NCBI GenBank assembly: GCA_051294375.1
Contig: CM119264.1
Coordinates: 23,061,955 to 23,125,954, forward strand
DNA length: 64,000 nt
Direction of reading: 5' to 3'
Origin: Paraspadella gotoi
Lineage: Eukaryota > Animalia > Chaetognatha
How positions within the stretch are numbered: position 1 is the stretch's first letter; the number at the start of each line of letters is the position of its first letter. The notes under the pieces are model-generated. The model was not told where the DNA came from. It saw only the letters and a program-made list of their open reading frames with translations, and ran no database searches. The position numbers were made by a program, and so were the translations under genes. This document shows, in pieces, positions 25,532 through 35,985 of the stretch.

Positions 25532-27303
25532 CTAATTAGTTTTATTATCATTCATTTATTTCTCCGCGAAGAAAAAAATCCGTCTTTTTTCTTTATTTTT
25601 TCCCTATTTTTTTAATATATATTCATTATAACTAAATTAACTATACATCCTTAAAAAAGTTGTTGCGTTCTCCAATAACTTTTTCCAGTTTTTTTTTACT
25701 GTCAACTGTAATGAGTTAATTAACTAGTTATTTACTTTCTTACATATTTTCTCTTTTATATCTATATTCTTTTATTTTATTATTTCCTTTCTTCTCTTTT
25801 TCGCGCCCTTATATTTCTTATTTATGAATCCTTTCTATTTCCTACTTGTACATTTTTTCACCATTTTTAATAATTTTTTTGGCCTTAAGCTACTTTTTTT
25901 AAATGTTTTTCTAAAGTTTTTTTTCTCTTCTACCAAGAATATTTTTTTAACATTCATTTTTTAGTTTTATTACATTTTGTTTATTTCCAGCCTCAAGACT
26001 GTGATATATTCCAATTGTAGTTGTGAATTTTTTTTCCATACAAATTGTTTTACGTTTTCGTGAACTATTTTTTTTTCTTTCAACAGCATACTTACGACCA
26101 AAAGGCACTGGTCGTCGTCGTTGTCGTCGTCGCCGTCGTCGTCGTCGTTCTCTACTTTGAAAAATGACACCTGTGATTGAGTAGAGACCTGCTCCTGTAT
26201 AAAGCAACCTTTGCTCTCGATAGTAAAACCGTCAAGCGCAGAAACCTACGTTTAATTCCGAGCTCCCGTAAGACGTACATTTCCTACCCACCTTGTTCCA
26301 ATTGACAGTAATCGTCCTCCCACCGACTGTAACAAATAACCATATCGTATTCAATTCAACTAATTCCATCTTTCCTCTCAACTTCTCCCCAACTCTCATC
26401 CCCTTCTCTCTTCCCACGGACAATCATCGTATTTTCTCTCCACTCGCTACTCAAAAAGTTCTCGCCTCTCGTTACTCGCGTTAAGGGGCGAGCGTCGATC
26501 CTTTTCATAATGTTGATCCATTTTCCAATAATTCCCTTAATCTCCTTCTTTCAGCCTCGTTTTTCATTCCGAATTCATTTTTCTTGAATGATACGACTCG
26601 AAATTTCCGCTTCTCTGAATCTAAATTACATTCATTCAAAAATTCTTTCTTTTTTTTCTTTCTTTCTCAATATTTTTTTCCCCCTCTTCGTTGAAGATAA
26701 AAATCTCGACGAAACTTTNNNNNNNNNNNNNNNNNNNNNNNNNNNNNNNNNNNNNNNNNNNNNNNNNNNNNNNNNNNNNNNNNNNNNNNNNNNNNNNNNN
26801 NNNNNNNNNNNNNNNNNNNNNNNNNNNNNNNNNNNNNNNNNNNNNNNNNNNNNNNNNNNNNNNNNNNNNNNNNNNNNNNNNNNNNNNNNNGAGAGAGAGA
26901 GAGAGAGAGTGGGCCATATTTTGTTTCCGTCTAAATTTTCCCCTGCAAAGATTCCATCCTCCCCCTAACTTCGCCCCCCCCTCTCTCAAGCACGACCTTC
27001 AACGAAGGTGCACAAAAGAGCGAGGGTTTGTCTCACTCTCATTTGTCACCCGGATGTAGACGAAATTCGCTACGGATCGGGGGAGAACAGAGAAAAGGAG
27101 AGATGGAGTAAGAAAGTTAAAAAAGGAGAAGTTTCGAGTTACAGGATTTGCTTTGTTAAATATTTTTTTAGAATCAGCTTTCTGTCTCCAAATATTTTAA
27201 TTTAAAAAAATTTATTAAACAATTAAGAAATATTGATTGTAATATAATATCCTATTAATTTTATACCCCTTGGTCACTTCAATCTTTTTTCACGTCAGAA
27301 TTC
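22075..27303 (-). repeat. Arm 2 of inverted duplication, including the empty retrotransposon insertion site
   Basis: Reverse complement of 15258-20340. Past 27146 it continues (27147-27303) into the reverse complement of 8660-8820, the left flank of the Gypsy element. Confidence 0.9.
26719..26890. other. Assembly gap (172 N)
   Basis: N run; corresponds to the CT-rich tract at ~15505-15620 in the other arm. Confidence 0.99.
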
Positions 27304-27694
27304 TTTATTCCTCAGCGACGTCATTCGAGAAAGAAAAACATTCACAACTCCATCACAATCTCCTTCACAACATCATCACCCTGTCAACAACCTGACATTC
27401 ACACCCCACCCAGACTACACTCCCCATCACCCACATCGTCCCACCATAGCGTGACGAAAACGCTTTTTATTGAAATCTCAAAGGGTTAAGAAAGTGACGA
27501 AGGAGAAAATCTTAGAGCTGTGGAGACGGGAAGCCGGGCGAAGAGAGAGAGAGAGAGAGAGAAGAGAGGAGAGGAAGAGAGCGAGAGAGAGAGAGAGAGA
27601 GAGGAGAGAAGAGAGAGAGAGAGAGAACGAAGAGAGAAAATGAAAGCAGGAAGAAACGTTTTCTTCGCGTTGTTTCTTCAATTTCCTCGCTTTA

Positions 27695-27751
<57 letters not shown>

Positions 27752-28233
27752 TCATCTCTCTCTTCTCTCTCTCTCTCCTCTCCTCGTCTCTCTCTCTTCT
27801 CTTCTGCTCTTTTAGAAGTTTCCTCTCTTTGTTTTCTCTTTTCTTTTTATTTACTTTAGAACGCGGGCAGGTGAAAGGGGAAGATAGGGAGCGAAAGGAG
27901 AGGAGACGGGGAAAAAGAAAAGAGAGTAAGAAATCTAGATCGAGAAATAACAAAAGGAAGCAGAGGGAGAACAAAAGAACAAGAAGTCGAACAAAACGTG
28001 ACGCTGGTTAAAGGGTATATTGAAAAATGAACACTGGTGAATTGATTAACATTATACAATATTGTGAGAAATATTTTTTAATGATGAAGCTAATAAATTG
28101 GTAGAATCTTTTAAACTGCTCTTGTGTTCCTAGTAAAGGAAATAAAATCTGTAATAAAAGCAAAGAAAAATGTTTGTCCAGAATAGTTTTGAATTACAAT
28201 GTGTGTGGATCTGAAGTAAATGATTTTTAGGAC

Positions 28234-28295
<62 letters not shown>

Positions 28296-29673
28296 CTGAC
28301 GTAGAGACCAGAAAAGAATGAAGTAGATAATTGATTCCGACAAGAAGAGGCAGTACTTAAAGCCCCTCTCCAAGCTCGAAAAATCACTCCCTCCCTCTCT
28401 TTCTTTCTTTCTCTCTCTCTCTCTCTTTCTCCTCTGGTTCCAATTTGCATATTGGAGTGGCTGAAATTTTTCTCACCGGCAAGACGAGACTTTAAGCTCT
28501 CGGCGCGCGAGAGCGGTGCGGTGCTGCGCTGCAATTTGCGGTGCCACGCAGTGCGTTTTCAATGGAGAAAAAACTGCGTCGTTTGTTTTTTAAAAACAAA
28601 ACGGTTGGCCCTCACTAAGTTGACTCGGCGGCGCTCAAAAGTAGGCGCGCGATAATCCTATACTTAGACGCGGCGCGGCTCGAGTTACGATGTCGAACGC
28701 TCGTAAAATTGAGATATAAAATCATGCGAGCGAAGTTGAAAGATTAAAATGGTTTCGAATATAAATGACAGCAATCGAAACGTGACAAACATGACAAGTA
28801 TACCATTTTGTTCATGTGTTCGGAGGCAAAGTTTATTTTGATTTCTTTCTTATTGGCAAAATATTATTTTATTATCCAGTTGAAATGTTCTTTCTAATTC
28901 ATTTCCCTTATATTTTTCGCCTTCTCAATTGATATACGTACGTACATGGTCTTTGTTGTTTTTCCTCTCCTAACTGTTTTGTGGAACAAGGTTTTGTTCC
29001 GTTGTCGAATGTTTTGATTCTTGTTTTCTGTTTTGCATGATATCGGATTCCGTCCTCCTTTTGTTTCGTTCCTTTTTCGTTGTTGACTTTACTGTCGTGA
29101 GGCTCTCGCGGATTCTCCTCAACCAGCGCGTTGAAATTCTGATGAGGGGCGAAAGACAAAAGCAGCTTCGCGACGCCGGCGCGCTCTTCGGGAATTGGAG
29201 GTCGTCTCGGTGCCGACGAAAACGACGCCGCTTTAACCGGAAATGGGGAGGAGCTAAATTAGAGCCGGCGGCGCTGGAAAGAGACGCGGCGTCGCCAACG
29301 AATAAAGAGAGGAGGAGAGGCGGTTTTCAGGCGTGGGAAGGCGTCGGGTCACCCTCTAAAGCCTTAGAGATGGGGCGGCTGCGGTCGGGGGCGATGACAC
29401 GGGATAGCGGGTAACGGAGGGACCTTGGGTATTGGTTGCAAAACAGCAGATACGAGGACAAGGAAAGGGTAGAGTCCGGAAGGGACCTTGAAAAATACAA
29501 TAGGACAAGCGGCTTCAAAGCCATTGGTCCGGTGGATTGGGACTCCCCTGGGGGTCAAAGACTCCTTAGGGGGTTCCGAGGGGAAACGAGACTCGAGGCG
29601 CGAAAATTACGGCGTCGCGCGAACCCAAAGTTCGACCAACGACTTGAATAAACTTGGTCGAGCGGAAACGACA

Positions 29674-29677
<4 letters not shown>

Positions 29678-29761
<84 letters not shown>
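29678..29761 (+). repeat. (GA)n microsatellite (representative of many GA/CT tracts in the window)
   Basis: Perfect GA dinucleotide run. Confidence 0.95.
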
Positions 29762-29762
<1 letters not shown>

Positions 29763-29837
29763 GCTTGAAAGAAACGAAGACGTAAAACGGTTTTGTTTAT
29801 TGGACGACGACTTTTTACGGTTGGAGAATTTAGAGGT

Positions 29838-29985
29838 CGGCGAAAGGCGAAAAACCAAAGGCGAACGACGAAAGGCGAAAGGCGAAAGACGAAAGGCGAA
29901 AGTCAAAAGAAAAAAAGCGAAAGAAGAAAGGCGAACGACGAAAGGCGATCTTGAAAGACGAATGAAAAATGGCGAAAGGCGATAT
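29838..29985 (+). repeat. Degenerate 7-bp tandem repeat (GGCGAAA)n
   Basis: Repeated GGCGAAA/GACGAAA units. Confidence 0.75.
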
Positions 29986-30615
29986 ATGAATAAAGTGATA
30001 TGTAAGGTGACGACGAAACACCTGAGTGAATTGACGAATATTGGTGACAAAAGATCAAAAGATAAAAAATAAAAAACAAAAGACAAACTGCGATAAAAAA
30101 ATATTAAGCTTAGTTTAAAAAAGGGAAAATGATGAATACGATTTTCGACATTTGAGTAAAGATGTAGTTAAGATGCAGTTGCTATCAATTCGCTCGACTA
30201 TAAAAGACTAAAACATTTTCCATTTCAAAATAAAAATATTATCGAAACGAAGAAAAATATAGCAATGACGACGACGACAGCGACGACGACGACAGCGACT
30301 GCGTCAATTCCCGAAACGACCAAAGAACAAAAAACCATCCATCTTTGGTCCTTTGTCTTTTGTCTTTGATCCATTTGTCTTTTCGCCTTTGTCTCTTTGT
30401 CTATTCGCAAGAAATCCTTTTTTTCTTTGTCCTTTGTCCCCTTTTTCTTTCGTTTTAATCCATTACTATCACGTCATTCGTCAGTTTTCCTTCTTTTATA
30501 TTACTTGTTTTCAAGTAAGTATTTTTTTGTTAAAATTCAATCCTCATTCCTGTATAATGTATATACAATATTAATAGTGTTCTCGTCGTTAGATTAGCAC
30601 TTAACCCCAAAATCT

Positions 30616-30714
30616 ATTCGCACTCATTCACTCAACTATTCGCATTCAATTCCCTAGCAATTCGCACTCATTCACTCAACTATTCGCATTCAATTCCCTC
30701 GCAATTCGCACTCA
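30616..30714 (+). repeat. 44-bp tandem duplication (~2.2 copies)
   Basis: ATTCGCACTCATTCACTCAACTATTCGCATTCAATTCCCT(A/C)GCA is repeated. Confidence 0.9.
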
Positions 30715-33029
30715 ATCGACCCCAAATTCCTTTCGTTTCATTCCTCGCCTTTTAACGTCGCAAAGAAATCTCGGGTCAGAAATCCAAGGGATCGAAAAAG
30801 AGAAGTGACTTTTTTTTCCCTTCCATCTGTCGCCTTTCTCAGTTCTGTCTTCTTTCTTTGCCCTGCCTACTTCGTCCTGCCCAATTCGACTTTCCTAATT
30901 TTGCCCGTTTCGTTCCTCTTCACCCTTTACAATTGTATCTACCGACGTCTACGTTCCTTTTCCCGCCTTTTCCCGCCATCCCTCTATTCTTTTTCTCTCT
31001 TCAAATTTTCCCATCATCCTTCACCGATTAGCTCATAATCAAATGATATAAAACTCTTCCCTTTCCTCCCCTTTCCTCTTTTCTTTTTTTTTTATTCTTT
31101 TTCCTCGCTTTGGTCTTTTTCGTTTTTTATCCATTTTGCTTCCATTTTAACCCCACATTTCTCCTTTCGTTTTCCCTTTTTGACACTTTTTTTTTCGATT
31201 TTTTTTCTGGTGTCGGAACAAATCCGAAAAGAAAAAAATCGACCTTCCCGCCACCACTCGCCGTATCCGGCCGCCTCCGGCCACCACCAGCTAACCCCGC
31301 CCCTCACCAGACGCCTCCCGCCGCCTCCCGCCGCCTACCACCGCCTCCTTCAGCCTTGACATTCTGCGGCCGTATCACTTTCAGAAACCAGAAAATTCTC
31401 TCCTTCTCTCACTCTCTCTCTCTCTCTCTATCATTCTCGCACTCCCTCTCCCTCTGACTCGCTCCCTCTCCGTGACCGGCGCCGGAGATTTCCGGCTTTG
31501 GCCTCGCCGGATTCCCGTTCCGGCGCTAAAGGTTCCGCGACCTCTGACCCGCTCGGCGATTGGAAAAAGTTCCGGGGATCGCGAGATTCGAGCCGAGCGA
31601 GAGTTTAGCCCCAAACGAAAGGGTTTTTTTATTGCGAATCTGTGAAATAGGGCGATTGGCGAGAGGCGAGATCGCTGTTGAGATTCGGATGGATCGCTTT
31701 TAAGAAGCGCTTAAGATACATTAAAGATTCAATGAGGTCACTTGGAAGTGCGTAGAAGATAGTGGATACAATTGGGACTTAATTTATAGAACCCACTTAA
31801 AAATTGATCGAGAGCAGGTGCATTTCTAGATGATGTAGAGACATCAAACTAACTTTAGTGATACTTATTGAAGGCAACCGATCATCACAAATTGAAAAGT
31901 TGACGAAATCCGGCCCAAGCATCAATGCCTCACGATTCAATCTCAAACGATCCCCGAAATTTCAGAAAAGGATTTTCTCCGCCAGAAAACAAACCGAAAA
32001 TCGCGTTTAAAATTTTCCCTCGAATTTCTCAGAAATCCCGACGACGAAATCCTTTGCCCATTTGAGGGCGCAACCGACTTTGACGTCGCCGCTCAAAAAC
32101 CCGAACCAAAACAGACGCAAAATTTGGGACCAAAATATCCGAGTTGAACTCATTTTCCCGCTCAACTCTCGTTTTTCCGCGTCACGAGATCACGGTGACG
32201 CCAAATCACGCTCCATCAGAGGGTCACGGCGTCACAAAACGCCATAGGGATTACTTTAAGCCTTTGCAATGTCATAGCGTCACATTGACGCCATCCCCAC
32301 GTGACGGAAATACTGCGGGGCAAGCTGGACAACCATCCGCCAAGCCCATTTTAAATTTTTAAAATATTAAATCCACTTAATTCCCTCCCCCCCTCGACAC
32401 CCCAAACCTCTCGCCCCACCCTCCTTTTCGTGATCCTCCCCCATTACCCCCGCCGGCACGACGCGTCAAAGTCTTATTGCGCCTTCGAAAATAAGATAAA
32501 AATGTCTATAATCCATTACGTCGCGCGGGGGAGTTTTTCAGGAAAGTGAGGTCGCTCCGTTAGGTCGGTGAAAATAGGCTGAGCCCCTCCAAACAATAAA
32601 ATATAAAAACAAAAGACAAATTTTCAATAAACAAAGGAAAACAAACTTGGCCAAGAATTAGATATTACGAATATGAATTGATAATAGATATTATACTTTA
32701 AATACTGAATAAAGATTAAATTTGTTTTTTTGGATAAATTTGGATAAAATTTAAATTTATCCAAAAAGTAAATCGCTTACGCATCTTCTTAGCACCTCCT
32801 CAACTCCTCAACCACCCCATCCTCCTCCTCCTCCTTCTTCTCCTCCTCCTCCTCCTCCTCTAATTTCTTTTCATGAAAACAAATGAGAAGAAGTTGAACT
32901 TTGGACGAAAGGAAATAAGGATTGACGCGAAAATGGGGGAGAGAGAGACGGGCCAGGTCATGGACGGCCAGGTATGTGTGTGAGTGTGTGAACAAGAGAG
33001 AGAGAGGAGAGAGAAGAGAGAGAGAGAGA

Positions 33030-33071
<42 letters not shown>

Positions 33072-33082
33072 AGCCCTAAAAA

Positions 33083-33202
<120 letters not shown>

Positions 33203-33838
33203 CCAGCCCTAAAAAAAGAAGGCAAATTTAAATGAAAAACTGGGGGATGAATTGTGAAGGTTTTGAGCGTCAGTTGGCGGCCGAGAAAGAAAGGTGGGCG
33301 TCTAAACCATTATGCTAATGGAGCATCCTAGTTTCCCGAACACTTCCCTCCTCTACTTTCCCTTCTTCCTCTGCCTCCCTCTCACCATATCTCCTTTTTT
33401 AATTTTCCGTCTTTCCTCTCCTTCCTTCCTTCCTTCCTTCCTTCCTTCCTTCCTCTTCCTCCTTTTTCCCAGTTTCGTAGTAACAACTTTGGTCGCGTGA
33501 TTAGGAAATCGATCCTGGCTTAGATTGTGGGTGAAATTGCTTGGAGGGTTGTGGGTTTCGGTGCTTGGCTGGCGTTTAGTGCCGCTTGGCGATGATTGGC
33601 AAGGTTTTTTCAAATAGCTATGGGTTTGCGTCTCTTTGCTTGGATGTTAATCATTCGATGATTATTTGGATTCAACTTTGCTGCTGGTACTGCTGCTATT
33701 ACTGTTGTTGTTGTGGTTGTTGATGTTTTCAGCCAAAAAATATTTCGAGAGTTGCTCTTTTCTTAAACCGCTTTTCCGTTGATGACTTGACGAAGCGAGG
33801 AAATCGCAATTAAGGGGAGAGAGAGAGAGAGAGAGAGT

Positions 33839-33887
<49 letters not shown>

Positions 33888-33983
33888 GGAGGAGTTTACT
33901 CATTTGGATGTGGATGAGGGCGATCATGAGAGAGATTATTATAAAGAGAGAGAGATGCAGAGAGAATGATTAGAGAGCAGAGA

Positions 33984-34018
<35 letters not shown>

Positions 34019-35260
34019 CAGTTAACGATAAACAGTTTAAAACGACTCACGCTTTCGATTTTAAAAGAGGAAGTTCAACCGGAGATAATGATTTTAGCAT
34101 TTCGGCCTTTTGAGTGAACGGGAAGAAATGAGCCTTAAAAAACTAAGCGGATAATTTTCATTCGATAGGAATAAATTTGTGAAATGCAAAAGTACGTATA
34201 TAGGAATTTTCTGGGGTGAAAAATGATTGAAGAAAAGATAAACTCTTAACGGAGGGTGTCGGACTAATCCTAAAACCTCAGTCTTCCCGCTCTGTGGTTT
34301 CCAATGACTCTGGGACACTCAAGATTTAAAAAATTCTGAAACAAAAGACTTCCTTAAGCCCAAGTCTTTATTAGTTTTTTTTTTTCTTTTTGAAACAAAA
34401 AGGAGAAAAAACTTTCAGAAAAAAGAAAACGAGTAGAAGAATTGCCTGTCGCTTAACAGTCAACTACTAAAACATTAAAACTCATTTTCTCTACGAAGTT
34501 CATTTAGGCAAAGTTCTATTTTCGTCTTCCCACTTTCCTTTTAAACTTTTTCTTCTATTTATGTTGTTCTTTGTTCTGTCTTGAATTTTTACTTTTTTTT
34601 CTTATAAAATTTTTATTTTCTCTTTGTTCCATTTTTTTTTATTCAAACACGTAATTATTCTACAACTTAATATATTTTTTTTGTTGAATTCCACCATCTT
34701 CTCTAACCTTTACCCAGTTTTTTGTCCTTTCTTCAATTTCAATATATTTGTCTTTCAAACTTAACGTTTTGCTAATTGTCTCTCTCTATCTCCTCTCTCT
34801 AACTCACAAGAAAAGCTAAAAGAACAAAAATATGAGTCAAAGTTTTTTTTTCGTTCTTTCGCGTTTGGGCGTCTTCTACTCGTTTCAGCGCCATCTTCTC
34901 TTTCATTATACATTTTCAAAATTTTTATTTTCAGCTTCGCTTCCGGTTATTTTCACTCGGAGGGGCCGAGGTGCGTCTCATTCATTCACCCACTCATTCA
35001 CCCACTCATTCACTTACCATTCACCCTTGCCTTTAGCCCATTAACTTATTCAGTATATGTAACATTTTACCATAATTTATGGTTTATCATTGTAATACCA
35101 TGATTATTAGAAATAAATTGTAATATATAAATCGTAATACAACATTGAATTGCACATTACAGTTCCAATTGAATATTTTATCAATGTTTTAAACTTTTGT
35201 TTAATAACTTCATCGCAGAGAATCCTTCGTTGACTTAATACTAAAAATCTCTATTTCTCT

Positions 35261-35985
35261 CTATCTCTTTCTCCTTGTATTCCTCTTTCTATTTATTTCT
35301 CTCTCTCTCTCAATCTCTCTCTCTCTCTCTTCTTCCTCGTCTTCTCTTTTCTTTATTTCTCTCTCTATTTTTCTTTCTTTCTCAAATCTTTTTCTCTTTT
35401 TTCTTTGTTTTTCTTCCTTTCTCTTTCTTTTTCTTTCTCTTTCTTCCTCTCTCTCTTTTTTCTTTATTTCTCTCCCTATTTTTTTTTCTTTCTCAAATCT
35501 CTTTCTCTTTTTTCTTTGTGTTTCTTCCTTTTTCTTTCTTTCTCTGTATCTCTTTCTCTCTTTAGCTTCTCTTCTCTCTTTGATCCACTTTAGATGCTTG
35601 GGATTCCTCGTCGCGTTTCTTTCTGGCGTCAACAGTTGCTCCAGCGTCGAATTGTATTCTAGTCGAAGCGCCTCCATCCCCGATTCGAAGCACCGGGAAA
35701 TCCGGCCGCGATAGTCGCACGAGCAGGTGGGCGTGGCATCGCGCCAAAATTTGCGATCGTAGATGCTGACGATGAGGTCGATGCCCAGAGAGTCGGAATC
35801 TTTGTCGTCGGAGACGACCAAGCGAAATCCTCCAAATTCTCGCGGGAAGATGCGCATGATGGCGCCCGTAGCGTCGATGCGATTTTGAAAGATGCGGCTG
35901 ATCTCGTGGACCCACTCATTACGCGTCCGGTTGCAGAGAGTAACGTTGCTTTCCGAAACGTTGTGACCAGGCTCATGCTCTTTGC
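35261..35985 (-). CDS. LicD-family gene exon 5 (C-terminal part; 3' end uncertain)
   Basis: Acceptor TGTTCCCCTTCAAAG; GKEHEPGHNV...SLGIDLIVSIYD...CSCDYRGRISRCFESGMEALRLEY...LLTP. Complex coding sequence runs to ~35575, then an R/K/E low-complexity tail to the stop at 35261. Confidence 0.8.

Noticed and set aside
32727-32767. 15-bp perfect inverted repeat TTTTTGGATAAATTT...AAATTTATCCAAAAA
   Set aside because: Short and AT-rich, with no TSD or second copy seen; not enough to call a MITE or terminator.
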